Position numbers and translations under genes: made by a program. A DNA stretch of 64,000 nucleotides from Eledone cirrhosa (taxonomy: Eukaryota). The notes below the pieces were generated by a model. It did no database searches. It had not been told where the DNA came from and saw only the letters and a program-made list of their open reading frames with translations. The DNA lies in assembly GCA_964016885.1 (NCBI GenBank), contig OZ024743.1:82212001-82276000 (forward strand), given 5' to 3'. Positions 1 to 12,800 of this stretch are shown here, one piece after another. Each line of letters opens with the position of its first letter. Position 1 is the first letter of the stretch.

Positions 1-3000
1 GGTCCTGGGTCAGGTTAGGTTACTGGAGTTCTAGTGCTGTAGTGGCCCTGGTTCAGGTTAGGTTACTGGAGTTCTAGTGTTGTAGTGGTCCTGGGTCAGG
101 TTAGGTTACTGGAGTTCTAGTTTTGTAATGGTCCTGGGTCAGTTTAGGTTACTGGAGTTCTAATGTTGTAGTGGTCCTGGGTCAGGTTAGGTTAGTGGGG
201 TTCTAGTGCTGTAGTGGTCCTGGGTCAGGTTATGTTACTGGAGTTATAGTGCTGTAGTGGTCCTGGGTCAGGTTGGGTTACTGGCGTTATAGTGCTGTAG
301 TGGTCCTGGGTCAGGTTGGGTTACTGGAGTTATAGTGCTGTAGTGATCCTGGGTCAGGTTGGGTTACTGGAGTTATAGTGCTGTAGTGGTCCTGGGTCAG
401 GTTAGGTTACTGGAGTTATAGTGCTGTAGTGGTCCTGGTTCAGGTTGGGTTACTGGAGTTATAGTGCTGTAGTGGTACTGGGTCAGGTTAGATTACTGGA
501 GTTATAGTGTTGTAGTGGTCCTGGGTCAGGTTAGGTTACTGGAGTTCTAGTGCTGTAGTGGTCCTGGGTCAGGTTGGGTTACTGGAGTTATAGTGCTGTA
601 GTGATCCTGGATCAGGTTAGATTACTGGAGTTCTAGTGCTGTAGTGGTCCTGGGTCAGGTTAGGTTACTGGAGTTCTAGTGCTCTAGTGGTCCCGGGTCA
701 GGTTAGGTTGCTGGTGTTCTAGTGTTGTAGTGGCCCTGGCTCAGGTTAGGTTACTGGAATTCTAGTGCTGTAGTGGTCCTGGGTCAAGTTAGGTTACTGG
801 AGTTGTAGTGTTGTAGTGGTCCTGGGTGAGGTTAGGTTAATGGAGTTCTAGTGCTGTAGTGGTCCTGGGTGAGGTTAGGTTGCTGGAGTTATAGTGCTGT
901 AGTGGTCCTGTGTCAGGTTAGGTTAATGGAGTTCTAGTGCTGTAGTGGTCCTGGGTGAGGTTAGGTTAATGGAGTTCTAGTGCTGTAGTGGTCCTGGGTG
1001 AGGTTAGGTTGCTGGAGTTATAGTGCTGTAGTGGTCCTGTGTCAGGTTAGGTTAATGGAGTTCTAGTGCTGTAGTGGTCCTGGGTGAGGTTAGGTTGCTG
1101 GAGTTATAGTGCTGTAGTGGTCCTGTGTCAGGTTAGGTTGCTGGAGTTATAGTGCTGTAGTGGTCCTGGGTGAGGTTAGATTGCTGGAGTTATAGTGCTG
1201 TAGTGGTCCTAGGTCAGGTTAGGTTAGTGGGGTTCTAGTGTTGTAGTGGTCCTGGGTCAGGTTAGGTTACTAGAGTTCTAGTGTTGTAGTGGTCCTGGGT
1301 CAGGTTATGTTACTGGAGTTCTAGTGTTGTTGTGGTCCTGGTTCAGATTAGGTTACTGGAGTTCTAGTGCTTTAGTGGTCCTGGGTCAGGTTGGGTTACT
1401 GGAGTTATAGTGCTGTAGTGGTACTGGGTTAGGTTAGGTTACTGGAGTTATAGTGCTGTAGTGGCCCTGGGTCAGGTTGGGTTACTGGAGTTATAGTGTT
1501 GTAGTGGTCCTGGGTCAGGTTGGGTTACTGGAGTTATAGTGCTGTAGTGGTCCTGGGTAAGGTTGGGTTACTGGAGTTGTAGTGCTGTAGTGATCCTGGG
1601 TCAGGTTATGTTACTGGAGTTATAGTGCTGTAGTGGTCCTGGGTCAGGTTAGGTTACTGGCGTTATAGTGCTGTAGTGGTCCTGGGTCAGGTTAGGTTAC
1701 TGGAGTTCTAGTGCTGTAGTGGTCCTGGGTCAGGTTAGGTTACTGGAGTTATAGTGCTGTAGTGGTCCTGGGTCAGGTTAGGTTACTGGCGTTGTAGTGC
1801 TGTAGTGATCCTGGGTCAGGTTAGGTTACTGGAGTTATAGGGCTGTAGTGGTCCTGGGTCAGGTTAGGTTACTGGAGTTCTAGTGCTGTAGTGGTCCTGG
1901 GTCAGGTTAGGTTACTGGAGTTCTAGTGCTGTAGTGGTCCTGGGTCAGGTTGGGTTACTGGAGTTGTAGTGCTGTAGTGATCCTGGGTCAGGTTAGGTGA
2001 CTGGAGTTATAATGCTGTAGTGGTCCTGGGTCAGGTTAGGTTACTGGAGTAGTAGTGCTGTAGTGATCCTGGGTCAGGTTAGGTTACTGTAGTTATAGTG
2101 CTGTAGTGGTCCTGGGTGAGGTTAGGTTACTGGAGTTATTGTGCTGTAGTGGTCCTGGGTCAGGTTAGGTTCCTGGAGTTATATTGCTGTAGTGGTCCTG
2201 GGTGAGGTTAGGTTGCTGGAGTTATAGTGCTGTAGTGGTCCTGGGTCAGGTTAGGTTAATGGAGTTCTAGTGCTGTAGTGGTCCTGGGTGAGGTTAGGTT
2301 GCTGGAGTTATAGTGCTGTAGTGGTCCTGGGTGAGGTTAGATTGCTGGAGTTATAGTGCTGTAGTGGTCCTAGGTCAGGTTAGGTTAGTGGGGTTCTAGT
2401 GTTGTAGTGGTCCTGGGTCAGGTTAGGTTACTAGAGTTCTAGTGTTGTAGTGGTCCTGGGTCAGGTTATGTTACTGGAGTTATAGTGTTGTAGTGGTCCT
2501 TGGTCAGGTCAGGTTACTGGCGTTCTAGTGCTGTAGTGGTCCTGGGTCAGGTTAGGTTACTGGAGATATAGTGCTGTAGTGTTACTGGGTCAGGTTAGTT
2601 TACTGGAGTTATAGTGTTGTTGTGGTCCTGGTTCAGATTAGGTTACTGGAGTTCTAGTGCTGTAGTGGTCCTGGGTCAGGTTGGGTTACTGGAGTTATAG
2701 TGCTGTAGTGGTACTGGGTTAGGTTAGGTTACTGGAGTTATAGTGCTGTAGTGGCCCTGGGTCAGTTTGGGTTACTGGAGTTATAGTGTTGTAGTGGTCC
2801 TGGGTCAGGTTGGGTTACTGGAGTTATAGTGCTGTAGTGGTCCTGGGTCATGTTAGGTTACTGGAGTTCTAGTGCTGTAGTGGTCCTGGGTCAGGTTAGG
2901 TTACTGGAGTTATAGTGTTATAGTGGTCCTGGGTCAGGTTAGGTTACTGGTGTTCTAGTGTTGTAGTGGTCTTGGGTCAGGTTACATTACTGGAGTTCTA

Positions 3001-6000
3001 GTGTTGTAGTGGTCCTGGGTCAGGTTGGGTAACTGGAGTTATAGTGTTGTAGTTATCCTGGGTCAGGTTACGTTACTGGAGTTCTAATGCTGTAGTGGCC
3101 CTGGGTCAGGTTAGGTTACTGGCGTTCTAGTGTTGTAGTGGTCCTGGGTCAGGTTAGGTTACTGGAGTTCTAGTGTTGCAGTGGTCCTGGATCAGGTTAG
3201 GTTACTGGAGTTATAGTGCTCTAGTGGTCCAGTGTCAGGTTAGGTTACTGGAGTTATAGTGCTGTAGTGGTCCTGGGTCAGGTTAGGTTACTGGAGTTCT
3301 AGTGCTGTAGTGGTCCTGGATCAGGTTAGGTTACTGGAGTTCTAGTGCTGTAGTGGCCCTGGGTCAGGTTAGGTTACTGGAGTTCTAGTGCTGTAGTGGT
3401 CCTGGGTCAGGTTAGGTTACTGGAGTTATAGTGTTGTAGTGGTCCTGGGTCAGGTTGGGTTACTGGAGTTATAGTGTTGTAGTGGTCCTGGGTCAGGTTG
3501 GGTTACTGGGGTTCTAGTGTTGTAGTGGTTCTGCGTCAGGTTGGAATACTGGAGTTCTAGTGTTGTAGTGTTCCTGGGTCAGGTTAGGTTACTGGAGTTC
3601 TAGTGCTGTGGTGGCCCTGGCTCAGGTTAGGTTACTGGAGTTATAGTGTTGTAGTGGTCCTGGGTCAGGTTAGGTTACTGGGGTTCAAGTGTTGTAGTGG
3701 TTCTGGGTCAGGTTGGGTTACTGGAGTTCTAGTGCTCTAGTGGTCCTGGGTCAGGTTAGGTTTCTGCAGTTCTAGTGCTGTAGTGGCCCTGGCTCCGGTT
3801 AGGTTACTGGAGTTATAGTGTTGTAGTGGTCCTGGGTCAGGTTAGGTTACTGGAGTTCTAGTGCTGTAGTGGTCCTGGGTCAGGTTAGGTTACTGGAGTT
3901 CTAGTGTTGTAGTGGTCCTGGGTCAGGTTAAGTTACTGGAGTTCTAGTGTTGTAGTGGTCCTGGGTCAGGTTAGGTTCCTGGGGTTCTAGTGTTGTAGTG
4001 GTTCTGTGTCAGGTTGGAATACTGGAGTTCTAGTGCTGTAGTGGTCCTGGGTCAGGTTGGAATACTGGAGTTCTAGTGCTGTAGTGGTCCTGGGTCAGTT
4101 TGGGTTACTGGAATTATAGTGTTGTAGTGGTCCTGGGTCAGGTTAGGTTACTGGAGTTATAGTGCTGTAGTGGTCCTGGGTCAGGTTAGGTTACTGGAGT
4201 TCTAGTGCTGTAGTGGTCCTGGGTCAGGTTAGGTTACTGGAGTTCTAGTGCTGTAGTGGTCCTGGGTTAGGTTAGGTTACTGGAGTTCTAGTGTTGTAGT
4301 AGTCCTGGGTCAGGTTAGGTTACTGGAGTTCTAGTGCTGTAGTGGTCCAGGGTCAGGTTAAGTCACTGGAGTTCTAGTGCTGTAGTGGTCCTGGGTCAGG
4401 TTAGGTTACTGGAGTTCTAGTGCTGTAGTGGCCCTGGCTCAGGTTAGGTTACTGGAGTTCTAGTGTTGTAGTGGTCCTGGGTCAGGTTAGGTTACTGGAT
4501 TTCTAGTGTTGTAGTGGTCCTGGGTCAGTTTAGGTTACTGGAGTTCTAGTGTTGTAGTGGGCGTGGCTCAGGTTAGGTTAGTGGGGTTCTATTGCTGTAG
4601 TGGTCCTGGGTCAGGTTACGTTACTGGAGTTATAGTGCTGTATTGGTCCTGGGCCAGGTTGGGTTACTGGTGTTATAGTGCTGTAGTAGTCCTGGGTCAG
4701 GTTGGGTTACTGGAGTTATAGTGTTGTAGTAGTCCTGGGTCAGGTTGGGTTACTGGAGTTATAGTGTTGTAGTAGTCCTGGGTCAGGTTGGGTTACTGGA
4801 GTTATAGTGTTGTAGTGGTCCTGGGTCAGGTTAGGTTACTGGAGTTCTAGTGCTGTAGTGGTCCTGGGACAGGTTGAGTTACTGGTGTTATAGTGCTGTA
4901 GTGGTCCTGGGTCAGGTTAGGTTACTGGAGTTATAGTGCTGTAGTGGTCCTGGTTCAGGTTGGGTTACTGGAGTTATAGTGCTGTAGTGGTATTGGGTCA
5001 GGTTAGATTACTGGAGTTATAGTGCTGTAGTGGCCCTGGGTCAGTTTGGGTTACTGGAGTTATAGTGTTGTAGTGGTCCTGGGTCAGGTTGGGTTACTGG
5101 AGTTCTAGTGCTGTAGTGGTCCTGGGTCAGGTTGGGTTACTGGAGTTATAGTGCTGTAGTGATCCTGGATCAGGTTAGGTTACTGGAGTTCTAGTGCTGT
5201 AGTGGTCCTGGGTCAGGTTAGGTTACTGGAGTTCTAGTGCTCTAGTGGTCCTGGGTCAGGTTAGGTTGCTGGAGTTCTAGTGCTGTAGTGGTCCTGGCTC
5301 AGGTTAGGTTACTGGAGTTCTAGTGTTGTAGTGGCTCTGGCTCACGTTAGGTTACTGGAATTCTAGTGCTGTAGTGGTCCTGGGTCAAGTTAGGTTACTA
5401 GAGTTCTAGTGTTGTAGTGGTCCTGGGTCAGGTTAGGTTACTGGAGTTATAGTGTTGTAGTGTTCCTGGGTCAGATTAGGTTAGTGGGGTTCTAGTGCTG
5501 TAGTGGTCCTGCGTCAGGTTATGTTACTGGAGTTATAGTGTTGTAGTGGCCCTGGGTCAGGTTGGGTTACTGGAGTTCTAGTGCTGTAGTGGTCCTGGGT
5601 CAGGTTAGGTTACTGGAGTTCTAGTGCTGTAGTGGTCCTGGGTCAGGTTGGGTTACTGGAGTTCTAGTGCTGTAGTGGTCCTGGGTCAGGTTAGGTTACT
5701 GTAGTTCTAATGTTGTAGTGGTCCAGGGTCAGGTTAGGTTAGTGGGGTTCTAGGGCTTTAGTGGTCCTGGGTCAGGTTATGTTACTGGAGTTATAGTGCT
5801 GTAGTTGTACTGGATCAGGTTGGGTTACTGGAGTTATACTGCTGTAGTGGTACTGGGTGAGGTTAGGTTACTGGAGTTCTAGTGTTGTAGTGGTCCTGGG
5901 TCAGGTTAGGTTACTGGAGTTATAGTGCTGTAGTGGTCCTGGTTCAGGTTAGGTTACTGGAGTTATAGTGCTGTAGTGGTCCTGGGTCTGGTTGGGTTAC

Positions 6001-8039
6001 TGGAGTTATAGAGCTGTAGTGGTCCTGGGTGAGGTTAGGTTACTGGAGTTATAGTGCTGTAGTGGTCCTGGGTCAGGTTAGGTTACTGGAGTTATAGTGC
6101 TGTAGTGGTCCTGGGTCAGGTTAGGTTACTGGAGTTATAGAGCTGTAGTGGTCCTGGGTGAGGTTAGGTTACTGGAGTTATAGTGCTGTAGTGGTCCTGG
6201 GTCAGGTTAGGTTACTGGAGTTATAGTGCTGTAGTGGTCCTGGGTCAGGTTAGGTTACTGGAGCTATAGTGCTGTAGTGGTCCTGTGTCAGGTTAGGTTA
6301 CTGGAGTTATAGTGCTCTAGTGGTCCTGGGTCAGGTTGGGTTACTGGAGTTCTAGTGCTGTAGTGGCCCTGGCTCAGGTTAGGTTACTGGAGTTCTAGTG
6401 TTGTAGTGGTCCTGGCTCAGGTTGGGTTACTGGAGTTCTAGTGCTGTAGTGGCCCTGGCTCAGGTTAGGTTACTGGAGTTCTAGTGTTGTAGTGGTCCTG
6501 GGTCAGGTTAGGTTACTAGAGTTCTAGTGCTGTAGTGGGCCTGGGTCAGGTTAGGTTAGTGGGGTTCTAGTGCTGTAGTGGTCCTGGGTCAGGTTACGTT
6601 ACTGGAGTTATAGTGCTGTAGTGGTCCTGGGTCAGGTTGGGTTACTGGTGTTATAGTGCTGTAGTAGTCCTGGGTCAGGTTGGGTTACTGCAGTTATAGT
6701 GCTGTAGTGGTCCTGGTTCAGGTTGGGTTACTGGAGTTATAGTGCTGTAGTGGTCCTGGGTCAGGTTGGGTTATTGGAGTTATAGTGCTGTAGTGGTATT
6801 GGGTCAGGTTAGATTACTGGAGTTATAGTGCTGTAGTGGCCCTGGGTCAGTTTGGGTTACTGGAGTTATAGTGTTGTAATGGTCCTGGGTCAGGTTAGGT
6901 TACTGGAGTTATAGTGCTGTAGTGGTCCTGGGTCAGGTTAGGTTACTGGAGTTCTAGTGCTGTAGTGGTCCTGGGTCAGGTTAGGTTACTGGAGTTCTAG
7001 TGCTGTAGTGGTCCTGGGTCAGGTTAGGTTACTGGAGTTATAGTGCTGTAGTGGCCCTGGGTCAGTTTGGGTTACTGGAGTTATAGTGTTGTAATGGTCC
7101 TGGGTCAGGTTAGGTTACTGGAGTTATAGTGCTGTAGTGGTCCTGGGTCAGGTTAGGTTACTGGAGTTCTAGTGCTGTAGTGGTCCTGGGTCAGGTTAGG
7201 TTACTGGAGTTCTAGTGCTGTAGTGTGCCTGGGTCAGGTTAGGTTGCTGGAGTTCTAGTGCTGTAGTGGTCCGGGCTCAGGTTAGGTTACTGGAGTTCTA
7301 GTGTTGTTGTGGCCCTGTCTCAGGTTAGGTTACTGGAATTCTAGTGCTGTGGTGGTCCTGGGTCAAGTTAGGTTACTAGAGTTCTAGTGTTGTAGTGGTC
7401 CTGGGTCAGGTTAGGTTACTGGAGTTATAGTGTTGTAGTGGTCCTGGGTCAGGTTAGGTTAGTGGGGTTCTAGTGCTGTAGTGGTCCTGCGTCAGGTTAT
7501 GTTACTGGAGTTCTAGTGCTGTAGTTGTACTGGATCAGTTTGGGTTACTGGTGTTATACTGCTGTAGTGGTACTGGATGAGGTTAGGTTACTGGAGTTCT
7601 AGTGTTGTAGTGGTCCTGGGTCAGGTTAGGTTACTGGAGTTATAGTGCTGTAGTGGTCCTGGTTCAGGTTAGGTTACTGGAGTTATAGTGCTGTAGTGGT
7701 CCTGGGTCTGGTTGGGTTACTGGAGTTATAGTGCTGTAGTGGTCCTGGGTCAGGTTAGGTTACTGGAGTTATAGTGCTGTAGTGGTCCTGGGTGAGGTTA
7801 GGTTACTGGAGTTATAGTGCTGTAGTGGTCCTGGGTCAGGTTAGGTTACTGGAGTTATAGTGCTGTAGTGGTCCTGGGTCAGGTTAGGTTACTGGAGTTA
7901 TAGAGCTGTAGTGGTCCTGGGTGAGGTTAGGTTACTGGAGTTATAGTGTTGTAGTGGTCCTGGGTCAGGTTACGTTACTGGAGTTATAGTGCTGTAGTGG
8001 TCCTGGGTCAGGTTAGGTTACTGGAGTTATAGTGCTGTA

Positions 8040-8800
8040 GTGGTCCTGGGTCAGGTTAGGTTACTTGAGTTATAGTGCTGTAGTGGTCCTGGGTCAGGTT
8101 AGGTTACTGGAGTTGTAGTGCTGTAGTGGTCCTGGGTGAGGTTAGGTTACTGGAGTTGTAGTGCTGTAGTGATCCTGGGTCACGTTAGGTTACTTGAGTT
8201 ATAGTGCTGTAGTGGTCCTGGGTCAGGTTAGGTTACTGGAGTTGTAGTGCTGTAGTGGTCCTGGGTGAGGTTAGGTTACTGGAGTTGTAGTGCTGTAGTG
8301 ATCCTGGGTCACGTTAGGTTACTTGAGTTATAGTGCTGTAGTGGTCCTGGGTCAGGTTAGGTTACTGGAGTTGTAGTGCTGTAGTGGTCCTGGGTGAGGT
8401 TAGGTTACTGGAGTTGTAGTGCTGTAGTGATCCTGGGTCACGTTAGGTTACTTGAGTTATAGTGCTGTAGTGGTCCTGGGTCAGGTTAGGTTACTGGAGT
8501 TGTAGTGCTGTAGTGATCCTGGGTCACGTTAGGTTACTTGAGTTATAGTGCTGTAGTGGTCCTGGGTCAGGTTAGGTTACTGGAGTTGTAGTGCTGTAGT
8601 GGTCCTGGGTGAGGTTAGGTTACTGGAGTTGTAGTGCTGTAGTGATCCTGGGTCACGTTAGGTTACTTGAGTTATAGTGCTGTAGTGGTCCTGGGTCAGG
8701 TTAGGTTACTGGAGTTGTAGTGCTGTAGTGGTCCTGGGTGAGGTTAGGTTACTGGAGTTGTAGTGCTGTAGTGATCCTGGGTCACGTTAGGTTACTGGAT
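8040..8800 (+). repeat. Local 3-monomer (129-bp) higher-order repeat inside the satellite
   Basis: Variant CACGTT at 8181, 8310, 8439, 8525, 8654 and 8783 (spacings 129, 129, 86, 129, 129), mostly linked to TTACTTGAG. Confidence 0.9.
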
Positions 8801-9849
8801 TTATAGTGCTGTAGTGGTCCTGGGTCAGGTTAGGTTACTGGAGTTATCGTGCTGTAGTGGTCCTGGGTCAGGTTAGGTTACTGGAGTTGTAGTGCTGTAG
8901 TGGTCCTGGGTGAGGTTAGGTTACTGGAGTTATAGTGCTGTAGTGGTCCTGGGTGAGGTTAGGTTACTGGAGTTATAGTGTTGTAGTGGTCCTGGGTCAG
9001 GTTAGGTTACTGGAGTTATAGTGCTGTAGTGGTCCTGGGTCAGGTAAGGTTACTGGAGTTATAGTGCTGTAGTGGTCCTGGGTCAGGTTAGGTTACTGGA
9101 GTTGTAGTGCTGTAGTGGTCCTGGGTGAGGTTAGGTTACTGGAGTTGTAGTGCTGTAGTGATCCTGGGTCAGGTTAGGTTACTGGAGTTATAGTGCTGTA
9201 GTGGTCCTGGGTCAGGTTAGGTTACTGGAGTTATAGTGCTGTAGTGGTCCTGGGTCAGGTTAGGTTACTGGAGTTGTAGTGCTGTAGTGATCCTGGGTCA
9301 GGTTAGGTTACTGGAGTTATAGTGCTGTAGTGGTCCTGGGTCAGGTTAGGTTACTGGAGTTATAGTGCTGTAGTGGTCCTGGGTCAGGTTAGGTTACTGG
9401 AGTTCTAGTGCTGTAGTGGTCCTGGGTCAGGTTAGGTTACTGGAGTTATAGTGCTGTAGTGGTCCTGGGTCAGGTTGGGTTACTGGAGTTGTAGTGCTGT
9501 AGTGATCCTGGGTCAGGTTCGGTTACTGGAGTTATAGTGCTGTAGTGATCCTGGGTCAGGTTAGGTTACTGGAGTTATAGTGCTGTAGTGGTCCTGGGTC
9601 AGGTTAGGTTACTGGAGTTGTAGTGCTGTAGTGATCCTGGGTCAGGTTCGGTTACTGGAGTTATAGTGCTGTAGTGGTCCTAGGTCAGGTTAGGTTACTG
9701 GAGTTATAGTGCTGTAGTGGTCCTGGGTCAGGTTGGGTTACTGGAGTTGTAGTGCTGTAGTGATCCTGGGTCAGGTTCGGTTACTGGAGTTCTAGTGCTG
9801 TAGTGATCCTGGGTCAGGTTAGGTTACTGGAGTTATAGTGCTGTAGTGG

Positions 9850-12800
9850 TCCTGGGTCAGGTTAGGTTACTGGAGTTGTAGTGCTGTAGTGATCCTGGGT
9901 CAGGTTCGGTTACTGGAGTTATAGTGCTGTAGTGGTCCTAGGTCAGGTTAGGTTACTGGAGTTATAGTGCTGTAGTGGTCCTGGGTCAGGTTAGGTTACT
10001 GGAGTTATAGTGCTGTAGTGGCCCTGGGTCAGGTTAGGTTACTGGATTTGTAGTGCTGTAGTGATCCTGGGTCAGGTTAGGTTACTGGAGTTATAGTGCT
10101 GTAGTGGTCCTGGGTGAGGTTAGGTTACTGGTGTTATAGTGCTGTAGTGGTCCTGGGTCAGGTTAGGTTACTGGAGTTATGTTGCTGTAGTGGTCCTGGG
10201 TCAGGTTAGGTTACTGGAGTTCTAGTGCTGTAGTGGTCCTGGGTGAGCTTAGGTTGCTGGAGTTATAGTGCTGTAGTGGTCCTGGGTCTGGTTAGGTTAC
10301 TGGAGTTATAGTGCTGTAGTGGTCCTGGGTCAGGTTAGGTTACTGGAGTTCTAGTGCTGTAGTGGTCCTGGGTGAAGTTAGGTTGCTGGAGTTATAGTGC
10401 TGTAGTGGTCCTGGATCAGGTTAGGTTACTGGAGTTATAGGGCTGTAGTGGTCCTGGGTCAGGTTAGGTTACTGGAGTTATAGTGCTGTAGTGGTCCTGG
10501 GTCAGGTTAGGTTACTGGAGTTATAGTGCTGTAGTGGTCCTGGGTCAGGTTAGGTTACTTGAGTTATAGTGCTGTAGTGGTCCTGGGTCAGGTTAGGTTA
10601 CTGGAGTTGTAGTGCTGTAGTGGTCCTGGGTGAGGTTAGGTTACTGGAGTTGTAGTGCTGTAGTGATCCTGGGTCACGTTAGGTTACTGGATTTATAGTG
10701 CTGTAGTGGTCCTGGGTCAGGTTAGGTTACTGGAGTTATCGTGCTGTAGTGGTCCTGGGTCAGGTTAGGTTACTGGAGTTGTAGTGCTGTAGTGGTCCTG
10801 GGTGAGGTTAGGTTACTGGAGTTATAGTGCTGTAGTGGTCCTGGGTGAGGTTAGGTTACTGGAGTTATAGTGTTGTAGTGGTCCTGGGTCAGGTTAGGTT
10901 ACTGGAGTTATAGTGCTGTAGTGGTCCTGGGTCAGGTAAGGTTACTGGAGTTATAGTGCTGTAGTGGTCCTGGGTCAGGTTAGGTTACTGGAGTTGTAGT
11001 GCTGTAGTGGTCCTGGGTGAGGTTAGGTTACTGGAGTTGTAGTGCTGTAGTGATCCTGGGTCAGGTTAGGTTACTGGAGTTATAGTGCTGTAGTGGTCCT
11101 GGGTCAGGTTAGGTTACTGGAGTTGTAGTGCTGTAGTGGTCCTGGCTGAGGTTAGGTTACTGGAGTTATAGTGCTGTAGTGGTCCTGGGTCAGGTTAGGT
11201 TACTAGAGTTATAGTGCTGTAGTGGTCCTGGGTCAGGTTAGGTTACTGGAGTTATAGTGCTGTAGTGGTCCTGGGTCAGGTTAGGTTACTGGAGTTGTAG
11301 TGCTGTAGTGATCCTGGGTCAGGTTAGGTTACTGGAGTTATAGTGCTGTAGTGGTCCTGGGTCAGGTTAGGTTACTGGGCTTATAGTGCTGTAGTGGTCC
11401 TGGGTCAGGTTAGGTTACTGGAGTTATAGTGCTGTAGTGGTCCTGGGTCAGGTTAGGTTACTGGAGTTCTAGTGCTGTAGTGGTCCTGGGTCAGGTTAGT
11501 CTACTGGAGTTATAGTGCTGTAGTCGTCCTGGGTCAGGTTGGGTTACTGGAGTTGTAGTGCTGTAGTGATCCTGGGTCAGGTTAGGTTACTGGAGTTATA
11601 GTGCTGTAGTGGTCCTGGGTCAGGTTAGGTTACTGGAGTTATAGTGCTGTAGTGGTCCTGGGTCAGGTTAGGTTACTGGAGTTCTAGTGCTGTAGTGGTC
11701 CTGGGTCAGGTTAGGTTACTGGAGTTATAGAGCTGTAGTGGTCCTGGGTCAGGTTGGGTTACTGGAGTTGTAGTGCTGTAGTGATCCTGGGTCAGGTTAG
11801 GTTACTGGAGTTATAGTGCTGTAGTGGTCCTGGGTCAGGTTAGGTTACTGGAGTTGTAGTGCTGTAGTGATCCTGGGTCAGGTTAGGTTACTGGAGTTAT
11901 AGTGCTGTAGTGGTCCTAGGTCAGGTTAGGTTACTGGAGTTATAGTGCTGTAGTGGTCCTGGGTCAGGTTAGGTTACTGGAGTTATAGTGCTGTAGTGGT
12001 CCTGGGTCAGGTTGGGTTACTGGAGTTGTAGTGCTGTAGTGATCCTGGGTCAGGTTAGGTGACTGGAGTTATAATGCTGTAGTGGTCCTGGGTCAGGTTA
12101 GGTTACTGGAGTTATAGTGCTGTAGTGGCCCTGGGTCAGGTTAGGTTACTGGAGTTGTAGTGCTGTAGTGATCCTGGGTCAGGTTAGGTTACTGGAGTTA
12201 TAGTGCTGTAGTGGTCCTGGGTGAGGTTAGGTTACTGGTGTTATAGTGCTGTAGTGGTCCTGGGTCAGGTTAGGTTACTGGAGTTATGTTGCTGTAGTGG
12301 TCCTGGGTCAGGTTAGGTTATTGGAGTTCTAGTGCTGTAGTGGTGCTGGGTGAGCTTAGGTTGCTGGAGTTATAGTGCTGTAGTGGTCCTGGGTCTGGTT
12401 AGGTTACTGGAGTTATAGTGCTGTAGTGGTCCTGGGTCAGGTTAGGTTACTGGAGTTCTAGTGCTGTAGTGGTCCTGGGTGAAGTTAGGTTGATGGAGTT
12501 ATAGTGCTGTAGTGGTCCTGGGTCAGGTTAGGTTACTGGAGTTATAGGGCTGTAGTGGTCCTGGGTCAGGTTAGGTTACTGGAGTTCTAGTGCTGTAGTG
12601 GTCCTGGGTGAGGTTAGGTTGCTGGAGTTATAGTGCTGTAGTGGTCCTGGGTGAGGTTAGGTTGTTGGAGTTATAGTGCTGTAGTGGTCCTGGGTCAGGT
12701 TGGGTTACTGGAGTTGTAGTGCTGTAGTGATCCTGGGTCAGGTTAGGTTAGTGGGGTTCTATTGTTGTAGTGGTTCTGGGTCAGGTTAGGTTACTAGAAT

